This document shows, in pieces, positions 27,850 through 37,639 of a DNA stretch of 64,000 nucleotides. Source of the DNA: an uncultured Bacteroidales bacterium (GTDB taxonomy: Bacteria > Bacteroidota > Bacteroidia > Bacteroidales > ML635J-15); the NCBI GenBank assembly GCA_964448235.1, contig CAYUWD010000002.1, positions 307 through 64,306 of the forward strand. Reading direction: 5' to 3'. The notes under the pieces are model-generated. The model made no database searches. It was not told the DNA's origin and saw nothing but the letters and a program-made list of their open reading frames with translations. The stretch's first letter is position 1. Every line of letters starts with the position of its first letter. The position numbers were made by a program, and so were the translations under genes.

Positions 27850-30339
27850 CTAAGAATAAGCATTATCAGACACAATTCTGCGTTTTCCAAAATACTTATA
27901 TAACAGCTTTATCAAAAACCTTCGATCAATTGGCTTTGAAATATAATCATTACAACCTATTTTTAATACCTTCTCTCTATCTTTAGAAAAAGCATACGCG
28001 GTTTGTGCAATAAGAATGACATCTTTATTAAAGCTTCGTATCTCTTTGGTAGCTTCATACCCGCCCATAAGAGGCATATTTATATCCATTAATACTAAAT
28101 TTACATCTGGATTTTTCTTTAAATATTTTATCGCATCAATTCCATTTTCAGCTCTATGAATTTTTGATGCAACAGGTTTTAGTATAAGTCTTAGATGTTC
28201 ATAACTTATTTCATCATCTTCAGCAATTAGTATGCTTATGCGTTTCTCAATAATTGAATTTGACATTTCTTGATTTGACACAATTTCATTTTCAACTTGT
28301 TTAGGTTTATTAACCCAAGGGATAGTAATATGAAAAACCGACCCTTTATTTGTTTCTGACAACACACTAATACTACCACCTAATATCTCTACATAAGCTT
28401 TAGTAATAGACAAACCTAAACCTGAGCCTTGTCTAGCATGGGTATCACTTATATCTGCTTGTTCAAATCTATTAAAGATAGAATTTATCCTATTAGGAGG
28501 GATTCCTATACCAGTATCAATAATCTTAAATTCAAATCTTTCTCCATTTTTATAAGAGAGTATCTTTATGCTTCCTTTATCAGTATATTTTATTGCATTT
28601 TTTATTAAATTTGAAATAATTGAATTTAATTTAACCTTATCTGTATATATATATGAATCACTGAATGGAATAGTACTAATAAGTTTCATGTTAATGCCCT
28701 TTGCAGTGGCTTCACCATTAAAAAACTCAAATTGATTTTCTAATTCCTCGTTAATATTAATAATTGAGTTTGAAATTTTTATTTGTCCAGCATCTATTTT
28801 TGAAATGTCAACAATATTGTTAACTGTATTTAGCATTCTTTCACCACTCTTTTTAATAATTTCAACATATTTATGCTTTTGTTTTCCAGTTAAATCCGAA
28901 TCATTTAACAAATTAGTGAATCCAAGAATCCCATTCATCGGAGTTCTTATTTCATGACTCATATTCGCTAAAAATGCTGATTTTAACTTATCAGATTCTT
29001 GTGCTTTGATAAGCGCTTCCTTTAAATCTTTTTCTATTTTTTTTCGTTCGCTAATATCGAGGACTGTAATAAATCCTGAAAACACTCCTTGAATATTAAT
29101 TGAACTTCCATTTAACAATACCCATTTTTCCTGTCCTGATTTTGTTATTATCTTAAATTCATAATTTGTCCCAGATTGAATCCCCTGCTCTCTACCTTTT
29201 CCTCTTTTCCTTATTAAATCCTGATATTCTGGTGCAACAAAATCCCAAAAATTCATTTTCTTCAATTCTGCAAAAGTATATCCACTAATACGTTCACCAG
29301 CAGGATTTGAATATATCCATTTCTCTTTTTGATAAAGCATAATAGCCATTGGTGAAGTCTGCGCTAAGGTTCTGAATTTCTCTTCACTCTCAGCAAGAGT
29401 TTTTTCTGCTAAAGTACGTTCTGTAATATCCTGTCCAATAGCTATTAATAGGTTTTTTGAAACATCTGGAGAATTATATATTCCCGTATTCTGCCATGAA
29501 ATAATTCTCTCCTCTCCTGATTTAGTAAGTATTGGATTTATGCTAGAATGAGACGTATTCCCCCATGCTTCCTTCCATACATTTTTGATATTTGGAACAA
29601 TGTCATCATGTACAAAAATATCAATCCAATCTTTATCTATTACTTCTTCCTTTTTATATCCTGTTATTTTTTCAGCTCCCTTATTAAAAATTCTGATTAT
29701 ATGATTACAATCTAATCCAATAATTATTGCACTAGCTGTCTCTACAATTTTCTCAACAAACAACTTCTCCTTCATTAGTGCTCTTTCACTAAGCATAAGT
29801 TGTTGATTATTTGCTTCAAGTTGCTGATTTGCTGTTCTTAATTTTTCTGCATTTGAAGCTATTAGTCTTTTCTCATTGATTTCAAGTTTATTCTTTACAA
29901 GCCTTAATTCTTTTTCTGACTCAACTAATTCTTTGTTTTTGTGTCTAACATTTTTGTATAGATGTAATATCTTTTTACTATCTTCTACTATTCTCTTATT
30001 TACAAAACTAAATACAAAAGATATTACAACCACCGAAAAAGCCCTAAATACATCATTAATAATATTATAATCCTTTAAAAAATATATATGACTAAATATT
30101 AGCAATAATGCTAAAGTAATTGACACAAATATACCCTTTTTATGAAACCAAAATACAGCCAACACTCCAGGGAAATAATACAAATGTGTAAAAACATTCT
30201 CAGTTTTACTGTAATAATGAAAATAAATTGTAGAAATAATACATATAAGCATTAATAAAGAAACCACTATTATTTGAATTCCCTTTTTTTCGAAAAACAA
30301 ATTATCATCATTTTCTTTATTGATTTGTGAATTCTTCAA
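27850..30339 (-). CDS. Hybrid sensor histidine kinase/response regulator (TM - coiled coil - 2x PAS - HisKA - HATPase - REC)
   Basis: H-box 'FLANMSHEIRTPMNGILGF', 'DTGIGIP', 'GSGLGLSITKAYVEILGG', C-terminal REC 'ILIAEDDEIS...LVLMDINMPLMGGYEAT...KP'. Confidence 0.85.
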   Translation of the reverse strand: MKNSQINKENDDNLFFEKKGIQIIVVSLLMLICIISTIYFHYYSKTENVFTHLYYFPGVLAVFWFHKKGIFVSITLALLLIFSHIYFLKDYNIINDVFRAFSVVVISFVFSFVNKRIVEDSKKILHLYKNVRHKNKELVESEKELRLVKNKLEINEKRLIASNAEKLRTANQQLEANNQQLMLSERALMKEKLFVEKIVETASAIIIGLDCNHIIRIFNKGAEKITGYKKEEVIDKDWIDIFVHDDIVPNIKNVWKEAWGNTSHSSINPILTKSGEERIISWQNTGIYNSPDVSKNLLIAIGQDITERTLAEKTLAESEEKFRTLAQTSPMAIMLYQKEKWIYSNPAGERISGYTFAELKKMNFWDFVAPEYQDLIRKRGKGREQGIQSGTNYEFKIITKSGQEKWVLLNGSSINIQGVFSGFITVLDISERKKIEKDLKEALIKAQESDKLKSAFLANMSHEIRTPMNGILGFTNLLNDSDLTGKQKHKYVEIIKKSGERMLNTVNNIVDISKIDAGQIKISNSIININEELENQFEFFNGEATAKGINMKLISTIPFSDSYIYTDKVKLNSIISNLIKNAIKYTDKGSIKILSYKNGERFEFKIIDTGIGIPPNRINSIFNRFEQADISDTHARQGSGLGLSITKAYVEILGGSISVLSETNKGSVFHITIPWVNKPKQVENEIVSNQEMSNSIIEKRISILIAEDDEISYEHLRLILKPVASKIHRAENGIDAIKYLKKNPDVNLVLMDINMPLMGGYEATKEIRSFNKDVILIAQTAYAFSKDREKVLKIGCNDYISKPIDRRFLIKLLYKYFGKRRIVSDNAYS

Positions 30340-30750
30340 AATATATAATTCTATTAAAAGGCAGTCTCTTATCTAAGCCAGAGATACATACTTAATTATT
30401 ATCTCTATATTAAGAATATACTATTACACTTAATTTGTCTGATCAAAATCTAAATTATTATTTTTAGATAATATCATTACTTTATTAAAAAGTGCTTTTA
30501 TTTACAAATTCAAACACTTACAATAATCACTTTTTTTATACTTATCAGCACATATTTACACATTCAAATATAATAATAATTTTTAAATTATAAGAATTAA
30601 TAAAGCAAAATGACAATATTTTATATAAACTAGGAAAGAAAACAAATTTAAATAAATCAATTATTGCAATTCATATTGTTTATTTTATCACAAACAGATA
30701 AATATTAAAATTTAAGGTTTAATGGACAAAAATAAAAAGAATACATTGTT

Positions 30751-32130
30751 TTACTTTCCGATACAAAATTTAGAAAAGATTGAGCCCAAGACCTCTTCAT
30801 TACTGATATGTCCTGTTATTTCGCCAAGGAAATACATCGCTTCACGAAGATCTTGAGCTACAAAATCACTACTAATACCACTTGCCATAGCGTGATTTGC
30901 TCTTTCTAATGCTTCTGAAGACTTCTCAAATAATTCAACATGTCTGAGATTTGTAATAATAGTATCATATTCAGAATGCTTTAATGATTTTATATGATTA
31001 CTCATCAGCTTACACAATTCATCAATATTATCATTAGTTTTTGCAGAAATTAAAATTGCATTTTCGAATTTACTGTATGCTAAAGTTTCCAAATCAGAAA
31101 TATCAGTCTTATTTAAAGCTATAATAGCAAACTTATCCTCAGATAATTCTTTAATAGTCTCATCAATAAAATCGATATTATTTTTTACAAAATCTGTTAT
31201 ATCTATTAAAAGAATCACAATTCTTGATTGGTTCATCTTCTGTATTGTACGTTCAACACCAATCCTCTCAACTTCATCTTGAGAATAACGAATCCCGGCA
31301 GTATCAATCAATCTAAATTTAATACCATCTATTACAAGACTTTCTTCAATAGTATCTCTGGTTGTGCCTGGTATAGATGAAACTATTGCTCTGTCATCTT
31401 TTAGCAAAGCATTAAGTAAAGTTGATTTTCCTGCATTTGGTTTACCAATAATAGAAACAGGAACACCTTCTTTTATAGCATTTCCATATTTAAAACTATT
31501 AATAAGTTTTAAAATTTTGCCATTAAGCTCTTCTGATAATTTTAACAGATCATTCCTGTCAGCAAATTCGACATCTTCTTCACCAAAATCAAGCTCTAGT
31601 TCCAATAATGAAATCAACTCAAGCATTTTATTTCTCAATAATGAAATCTCTTCAGAAACCTTACCTTTCATCTGATTCATCGCAAGCTTATGACTTTCTC
31701 TTGTACTACTTGAGATAAGATCAGCTACAGCTTCTGACTGAGAAAGATCTAATTTATTATTGATAAAAGCTCTTTTAGAAAATTCCCCAGGCAATGCTGT
31801 TGTTGCACCATTAACAATCATCAAACGAAGTAATTCTGACTGTATAAATGAAGAACCATGACAAAAAATTTCGACCATATCTTCACCTGTATAAGAATTT
31901 GGAGCCTGATATTTCACTAAAAGCACTTCATCTAACACTTGCCCATTATTGTTTTTAATTGAGTCAAAAAAGATTTTTCTATACTCTAAATTTAAGAACT
32001 TTTTAGATTTCATAAGACCTTTAGCAACAATTTTAAAACTGTCACTACCACTTAAACGAATTATTGCTATTGCTCCAACTCCTGCAGGGCTTGAGATTGC
32101 ACAAATTGTATCAGAATTACGTAACACCAT
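30751..32130 (-). CDS. mnmE: tRNA uridine-5-carboxymethylaminomethyl modification GTPase MnmE
   Basis: 'DTICAISSPAGVGAIAIIRLSG', G-domain 'GKPNAGKSTLLNAL', 'DTAGIR', C-terminal 'FCIGK'. Confidence 0.9.
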   Translation of the reverse strand: MVLRNSDTICAISSPAGVGAIAIIRLSGSDSFKIVAKGLMKSKKFLNLEYRKIFFDSIKNNNGQVLDEVLLVKYQAPNSYTGEDMVEIFCHGSSFIQSELLRLMIVNGATTALPGEFSKRAFINNKLDLSQSEAVADLISSSTRESHKLAMNQMKGKVSEEISLLRNKMLELISLLELELDFGEEDVEFADRNDLLKLSEELNGKILKLINSFKYGNAIKEGVPVSIIGKPNAGKSTLLNALLKDDRAIVSSIPGTTRDTIEESLVIDGIKFRLIDTAGIRYSQDEVERIGVERTIQKMNQSRIVILLIDITDFVKNNIDFIDETIKELSEDKFAIIALNKTDISDLETLAYSKFENAILISAKTNDNIDELCKLMSNHIKSLKHSEYDTIITNLRHVELFEKSSEALERANHAMASGISSDFVAQDLREAMYFLGEITGHISNEEVLGSIFSKFCIGK

Positions 32131-32284
32131 ATATAATACTTATTAGTATCACAAAAATAACATATTTTTTTACATCATATTTATAATAAATATAATGCAT
32201 AATCGCTAAAACTCTTGAATATCAAGACAATAGATAAATATTTTTAAAATATGTTTGTTTTTTTTACATTTTTTGACGAAAAGA

Positions 32285-32316
32285 TTTGGCTATTATTAAA
32301 AACTGACATATATTTG
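32285..32316 (+). promoter_or_regulatory. Putative Bacteroidota sigma-A-type promoter for tRNA-Asp (-33 TTTG / -7 TAnnTTTG)
   Basis: TTTG at 32285-32288 and TATATTTG at 32309-32316, separated by 20 nt. The tRNA starts 16 nt downstream. Matches the published Bacteroides consensus (TTTG-N19-21-TAnnTTTG). Confidence 0.45.
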
Positions 32317-32331
32317 CATCCGATTTACGAA

Positions 32332-32405
32332 GGATTGGTAGTTCAGTTGGTTAGAATGCCGGCCTGTCACGCCGGAGGTCGCGAGTTCGAGTCTCGTCCA
32401 GTCCG
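32332..32405 (+). tRNA. tRNA-Asp (anticodon GTC)
   Basis: Acceptor stem GGATTGG/CCAGTCC (one G-U pair). D-loop 'AGTTCAGTTGGTTAGAAT'. Anticodon stem-loop GCCGG-CCTGTCAC-GCCGG region with GTC. T-arm GCGAG-TTCGAGT-CTCGT. No encoded CCA. Confidence 0.9.
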
Positions 32406-32410
32406 CAAAG

Positions 32411-32438
32411 AGGTTCTCAATTTTTGAGAGCCTTTTTT
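32411..32438 (+). terminator. Rho-independent terminator after tRNA-Asp
   Basis: 9-bp stem aggttctca / tgagagcct (one G-U pair), 5-nt loop, then a T5 run. Confidence 0.6.
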
Positions 32439-32560
32439 GATTTTTGGAAGTGAGTTGCGACCTCCGTGTCGCGAGTCCCGCTGTGCGAGGATCCTCGAAA
32501 AATTCCATAAATCGTAGATTCCTGATTTTTCGGGATTCGAGTCTCGTCCAGTCCGCAAAG

Positions 32561-32588
32561 AGGTTCTCAATTTTTGAGAGCCTTTTTT
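32561..32588. terminator. Second copy of the hairpin terminator; may act bidirectionally for the convergent kinase gene
   Basis: Identical hairpin 150 bp downstream of the first. The stop codon of the minus-strand CDS (32594-32596) abuts it. Runs of A/T lie on both sides. Confidence 0.4.
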
Positions 32589-32593
32589 GATTT

Positions 32594-34039
32594 TTACAGG
32601 TTTTCAGATATTCCTAATTCACGATGTCTCAATTTTACAGAAATTTTATAATTTCTTTTAATATATCTAGCTATATCCTCAGCACAATAGACACTTCTAT
32701 GCTGGCCTCCGGTACAGCCAAAACTAACATTAAGTGAATTAAAGTTACGTTCAATATAATTAATAATAGTAGGCTTTATTGTATTTATTGCATTTTTAAT
32801 AAAACTATCTATTTCAGTTTTTTCTTTAAAAAATACAATCACTTCTTCATCTCTACCTGTTTGAGATTTATATTTCTCAAACCTTCCGGGATTTAGGATT
32901 CCTCTACAATCAAAGACAAACCCGCCACCATTACCGGTTTTATCTTCAGGATATCCTTTTTTATAGCTAAAACTATTTACAGTAACAGTAAATTCAGGAT
33001 ATACAATTTTTTCAAAGTTTTTTGTATATGCTAATTGAGTTAATACTCTCTTTAATTCTTTATAATTGTTAAGAAAATCTACTTTATTCAGGATATCTCT
33101 AATATTATTTATTGCATATGGAATACTTTCAAGAAAATGGCTTTTTTTCTCAATCAAACCCCTTAAGCCATAAGCACCAAGAGTTTGTAAAACACGAATT
33201 AATACATAAAAATAATATTGCTCTCGAAATTCTTTTTTTTCAATAGGAATATACGTTTCTACCAAATCCACATAATAATCTAACAACTCCGTTTTTAGTT
33301 TATCAGACAACTTTGCTTTTGCCTGATAAAGTAAAGAAGCCAGGTCGTATTGTATCGCACCTTTTCGTCCTCCCTGATAATCTATAAAATATGGTTTGTC
33401 ACCTTTTACCATTATATTTCTAGATTGAAAATCCCGAAACATAAAGAACTTATTCCCAGACATTGCAAGCATTGATGAAATTGTATTAAAATCCTTTTGT
33501 AATAAATTTTCATCAAATTCAAATCCGCTAATTTTTAAGAAATAATATTTAAAATAATTTAAATCATAAAGAATTGAATTTTGGTCAAACTCTGATATCT
33601 GATAGCAATTTGAAAAATCTACATAGCCTGCTGAACCGATTTGCATTTTAACCAACTCTGCAATAGATTTTTTGTATAATTCTATAGTATAAGGCTTTAA
33701 TTCTCCTTTTAATAAATCCCCCTGAACTATATCAAACAATGAAATAGTTCCCAAATCTTCTAAAAAATACACCTTTTTATCGTCCGAAATAAAATATATT
33801 TCAGGAACATTATAATTTAAATCATTAAATAAATGTGTAAAATAAGTAAAGCTAACAGTTTCTTCTACATTTGCACTATATACAGCAATAATTGATTTAT
33901 CATTATGAAATAATCTATAATAAATTCTATTAGATCCTGCCTGAACAATACTTTCAATATTATCAGGGAGTATTCCGGCAAATAATTTATAACAATCTAA
34001 TATTTTTTTTCCAATCTTATCTGATTCAAAGAACTTCAT
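32594..34039 (-). CDS. Fusion protein: APH-family (AmgK-like) sugar/aminoglycoside-type kinase domain + RapZ C-terminal-like domain
   Basis: N-terminal part: 'AGSNRIYYRL', catalytic-loop-like 'MFRDFQSRNIMV', 'FIDYQGGRKGAIQYDLASLL'. C-terminal ~130 aa: 'FVFDCRGILNPGR...TGRDEEV..FF...' and 'VSFGCTGGQHRSVYCAE', paralleling E. coli RapZ 'FDVRFLPNP...TGLD..V..FL...IGCTGGKHRSVYIAE'. Confidence 0.65.
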   Translation of the reverse strand: MKFFESDKIGKKILDCYKLFAGILPDNIESIVQAGSNRIYYRLFHNDKSIIAVYSANVEETVSFTYFTHLFNDLNYNVPEIYFISDDKKVYFLEDLGTISLFDIVQGDLLKGELKPYTIELYKKSIAELVKMQIGSAGYVDFSNCYQISEFDQNSILYDLNYFKYYFLKISGFEFDENLLQKDFNTISSMLAMSGNKFFMFRDFQSRNIMVKGDKPYFIDYQGGRKGAIQYDLASLLYQAKAKLSDKLKTELLDYYVDLVETYIPIEKKEFREQYYFYVLIRVLQTLGAYGLRGLIEKKSHFLESIPYAINNIRDILNKVDFLNNYKELKRVLTQLAYTKNFEKIVYPEFTVTVNSFSYKKGYPEDKTGNGGGFVFDCRGILNPGRFEKYKSQTGRDEEVIVFFKEKTEIDSFIKNAINTIKPTIINYIERNFNSLNVSFGCTGGQHRSVYCAEDIARYIKRNYKISVKLRHRELGISENL

Positions 34040-34138
34040 AATAATAAATAATGTATTGTTTTGTTAAAAATAGTAAAACAATCTACAACAATTACACATT
34101 ACATCTCTGATTTTATTAACTAGAGATTGTTATAAAAG

Positions 34139-35197
34139 CTATGGGAGAGAAATTATCCCACAACAAGAATCTTTTTTAGCTCCTGTTACTGAAGCTAAAA
34201 CATTGTTTTCGCCCAAAATCCGCAATACACCTAGGAAAGCAAATACTATTGCCTCTTTAAACTCTATAATAACACTATCCGGCACTACAATATTTATTTC
34301 TGTTTTATTTTTTATTAAACCCAACAAATATAAGTTATTTGTTCCACCTCCTGTAAATAAGACATTTCTATGTTGGGAAATCTCATTTGAAATAATAAAT
34401 GCAATATGCTCTGTTAAAGTGCATAAGACATCAGCAATATTACATTTTTCATATTTTATCAATATTGGGGTTATATTCTCTTCTAGCCATTCTACTGCAA
34501 GAGATTTTGGTTCTTTTTTTCTATAGAAAGATAATTGGTTTAATTCCAGTAATAAATTCTCAATAATATTACCTGATCGTGCAATATTTCCATTTTCATC
34601 AAAATCTTTACCGGCTTTTCGCGCATATTTATTTAGCAATATGTTTACCGGACATATATCATAAGCTTTTCTGATTCCATTCTTATTATCAAATGATATG
34701 TTTGAAAATCCACCTAAATTTAAACATGCTGAATATTGTCCAAAAAGTAATTTATCCCCAATAGGAACCAAAGGGGCACCTTGGCCTCCCAAAGCGACGT
34801 CACCTCTTCTAAAATCACAAACTACCTTAACACCTGTCAACTTTGAAATCATTTCGCCATTCCCAATTTGATATGTGTATCCTTTATCAGGATTGTGCAG
34901 GACAGTATGTCCATGTATTGCAATGATATCCGGACGTATGATTTTATTTTTCATAAAATCTAGTATGCAATTCGACACAAATAAAGAAAATTGATTTTCT
35001 ATTTCAACAACTCGTTTTGAAGAAAGACATGAAATCTCTAATAAAAATTCTTTTAATTTATCATCAAAGTTATAAGAATAAGTAGCTAAAATGCTATAAT
35101 TCCACATTTTATTAATCCGTTCGAATTGACAAGCACAAATATCCAAACCATCCACTGAAGTTCCTGACATAACACCTATCGCAATAAATTGTTTCAA
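34139..35197 (-). CDS. anmK: Anhydro-N-acetylmuramic acid kinase
   Basis: 'AIGVMSGTSVDGLD' N-terminus, 'NLGGFSNIS', 'DICPVNILLN', 'FTGGGTNN'. Confidence 0.85.
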   Translation of the reverse strand: MKQFIAIGVMSGTSVDGLDICACQFERINKMWNYSILATYSYNFDDKLKEFLLEISCLSSKRVVEIENQFSLFVSNCILDFMKNKIIRPDIIAIHGHTVLHNPDKGYTYQIGNGEMISKLTGVKVVCDFRRGDVALGGQGAPLVPIGDKLLFGQYSACLNLGGFSNISFDNKNGIRKAYDICPVNILLNKYARKAGKDFDENGNIARSGNIIENLLLELNQLSFYRKKEPKSLAVEWLEENITPILIKYEKCNIADVLCTLTEHIAFIISNEISQHRNVLFTGGGTNNLYLLGLIKNKTEINIVVPDSVIIEFKEAIVFAFLGVLRILGENNVLASVTGAKKDSCCGIISLP

Positions 35198-35285
35198 AAC
35201 AGAAATTTTTAATAAATATTAAACTCAAATATAAATAAATTAAAACAATTTTTGTAATTTAGCACAAAATAATAAAACACTAAAC

Positions 35286-36143
35286 ATGAAACGTATTATT
35301 GTACCAATCGATTTTTCTCCAGAGTCATTAAAAGGACTTGAATTAGCAATTATTTATGCAAATAAATTTAATTCTGATTTACAAATGGTATATGTTCAAA
35401 GCAAAAAAGCTGGCAAATTTCACATTGAACTTGAAAATCAATATGATTCAGCTATGGAAGAATTTGAACAATTAGTAGACAAATATAAAAAGAAACTCCA
35501 TAAGGATTGTGATTTTTCTTATATTATCAAATCCGGAAAAATACATGAAGAAGTAGCTCATCAAGCAGAAGCTTTTGATGACTCAATGATCATCTGTTCT
35601 ACTAATGGAGAATCAGGATTTTCTGACTTTATTATTGGCAGCAATGCATACAGGACAGTTCAAGAAACTGAAAAGCCTGTAATTACAGTTACTTCAGAAA
35701 AATACATTGGTGATGTCACAAAAATTGTTTTACCTCTTGACATTACAAAAGAAACAAGAGAAAAAGTTCCAATAGTAACAAAAATTGCTAAAGCATTTAA
35801 TTCCGAAGTGCACATTATTAAAGTTACAAGCTCTACAAACGAAGGAATACATAATAAATTAAGAATGTATGCAACACAAGTAAAAAAGTATTTTGACGAA
35901 AAAGGGATTAAATATCAATCCAGTTTACTTGTTGGAGACAATATTACAGAATCTACTATTGAATATGCTAAAACTATTGATGCTGATTTGATAGCAATTA
36001 TGACAGAACAAACGACTTCTATTGCCAACTTTTTGCTAGGTTCTTATGCTTATCAAATGTTAAATACATCTCCTATTCCAGTACTAAGTATCACACCTAA
36101 AGAAATATTCTTCACTTTTGGACTACGAACAACAGGTGGTTAG
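35286..36143 (+). CDS. Universal stress protein, tandem Usp domains
   Basis: 285 aa. Two repeats of the 'I(I/V)VP(I/L)D.S' start and the '(G)S.A...L....PVL(V/S)I' end pattern. Confidence 0.75.
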   Translation: MKRIIVPIDFSPESLKGLELAIIYANKFNSDLQMVYVQSKKAGKFHIELENQYDSAMEEFEQLVDKYKKKLHKDCDFSYIIKSGKIHEEVAHQAEAFDDSMIICSTNGESGFSDFIIGSNAYRTVQETEKPVITVTSEKYIGDVTKIVLPLDITKETREKVPIVTKIAKAFNSEVHIIKVTSSTNEGIHNKLRMYATQVKKYFDEKGIKYQSSLLVGDNITESTIEYAKTIDADLIAIMTEQTTSIANFLLGSYAYQMLNTSPIPVLSITPKEIFFTFGLRTTGG

Positions 36144-36364
36144 AAATAAATAAAAACTTATTGAAAATATATCAATTAAACATCTCGTAAGAAGGATGCG
36201 TTTAAACACAAAACTACATATATTGTATTTTTGATGATTTTTCTATTGTTTTAATGATTAGTGGGTTAATTATTTGCTTTGCTAAAATCAAGTTAATCCA
36301 AAAATATATCTAAAACACTATAGTACAGCTATTTAGTATGGATATTTTCACAATTCCATACAAA

Positions 36365-36928
36365 TTAAAGTCCTAATTTATCAATCCAAAATAGCAAAGA
36401 TACAATCATAACAACAACAGGTACAACTACTACCCAGTCATTTACCTTTAACAATCGAGGTATGGTAATATCTCCGAAATAACCCATTTTTAGGATTCCA
36501 TCCTTTAATTTTGGATACACTACAGCAAAAATCCAAGTTCCTATAAGTATCCCAAATAATCCGCCGGTTATAGCATCTAAATATCCGTTACCAATAGCCC
36601 CAGCAATTGTTCCAGGACAATAACCAAGCAAGGCAAATCCGACACCAAAAATCAACGAACCAACTACATTCATACCTACTGAACCTCTCTTAAGCGAAAG
36701 AGTAATCCAACCCATAGATTTCATAAAATAAATTCCAATCATACCAGTTGCCACTGCCGAAAGCATTATTTTCAAAACAGTAAAATCTATAAGTAGCAAC
36801 TGCCCTACAATCACATCATAATTAGTTACCCCTCCCTTATGCAACAAAAAACCGAAAAAGATACCAAAACCCAAACCTAATAATAAGGGTCTTTTATCTG
36901 TCGTTTCATTGGTATTATCTTTATTCAT
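36365..36928 (-). CDS. YeeE/YedE family sulfur-compound transport protein (second half-gene)
   Basis: 187 aa polytopic. 'GFALLGYCPGTIAGA' conserved Cys loop. Paired with the gene at 37070-37603. Confidence 0.7.
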   Translation of the reverse strand: MNKDNTNETTDKRPLLLGLGFGIFFGFLLHKGGVTNYDVIVGQLLLIDFTVLKIMLSAVATGMIGIYFMKSMGWITLSLKRGSVGMNVVGSLIFGVGFALLGYCPGTIAGAIGNGYLDAITGGLFGILIGTWIFAVVYPKLKDGILKMGYFGDITIPRLLKVNDWVVVVPVVVMIVSLLFWIDKLGL

Positions 36929-37069
36929 AATACAATATTTTTATTTTTATAATTAAATACATATTTACAAAACACATAATAATAAATTTATATAAAGGCA
37001 AAAACACTATGGTCATCTATTCTCAAAAAGATTTCAGTTAGTAATATGTTCTTCATTTTCAATTTTTTG

Positions 37070-37603
37070 CTATGCTAAAACATTAAAAATCAAATGAGCA
37101 GTTATAATCCCACCTATAAAAAAGAAAATAGCTGAAACCCAACTAGAAACAGCAAGTTGAAGCGTACCACTAATTCCATGTCCACTAGTGCAACCACCGG
37201 CAAATCGTGCACCAAAACCTAGAACAATTCCTCCTATTACAGCCACAATAACACGCAACAGATTACTATCACCAAATGCCGAATACCAAAGTGAAGGTAT
37301 CCACACATCTAGATTAAAATCGCCTGAGATTATAGCAGAGAGGAATGACCCAAGAACAACACCCAAAACCAACATCCACTGCCAATTTATCTTTAGTTTA
37401 ATTTTCTTATAATAATGTCTTCTATCAGCTCCTTTCCCTCTTAATAATTCTTCAATCATGCCCCCAACACGCGCAAAGGTAGTGGATGTTGCAATAGGTT
37501 TTCCTGATATTAAAAAACTTAACCAACTCAAAAGTCCTATACCAATACCTACTGCATAAGGAGACCATCTTGTAACTGTAAAAACTGATACAATTGTTTC
37601 CAT
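37070..37603 (-). CDS. YeeE/YedE family sulfur-compound transport protein (first half-gene)
   Basis: 177 aa polytopic. 'GFGARFAGGCTSGHGISG' is the characteristic YeeE/YedE Cys motif. Confidence 0.75.
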   Translation of the reverse strand: METIVSVFTVTRWSPYAVGIGIGLLSWLSFLISGKPIATSTTFARVGGMIEELLRGKGADRRHYYKKIKLKINWQWMLVLGVVLGSFLSAIISGDFNLDVWIPSLWYSAFGDSNLLRVIVAVIGGIVLGFGARFAGGCTSGHGISGTLQLAVSSWVSAIFFFIGGIITAHLIFNVLA

Positions 37604-37639
37604 AATTTACTATAAAATTATTATAACTTATTTCTACTT

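Larger units (their letters stand above)
32386..32595. repeat. Perfect 60-bp direct repeat (32386-32445 and 32536-32595) duplicating the tRNA-Asp 3' end plus terminator
   Basis: Both copies read ttcgagtctcgtccagtccgcaaagaggttctcaatttttgagagccttttttgattttt. The 90-bp spacer holds further tRNA-derived fragments: gtcgcgagt (32468-32476, direct) and gcgacctccg (32457-32466, inverted copy of cggaggtcgc). Confidence 0.9.

Noticed and set aside
30340-30750. 411-bp spacer between the hybrid kinase and mnmE, considered as a possible ncRNA locus
   Set aside because: Only a weak 5-6-bp hairpin (gtctct/agagat) was found and the region is otherwise unstructured A/T. It is most simply the kinase promoter plus the mnmE terminator region. 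I cannot exclude an sRNA without expression data.
32296-32570. ORFs 32296-32508 and 32367-32570 (minus strand)
   Set aside because: They read through the tRNA-Asp gene and its duplicated 3' end and terminator. The repeated peptide 'LRTSLRTGRDSN' is simply the translated 60-bp repeat. They are not coding.
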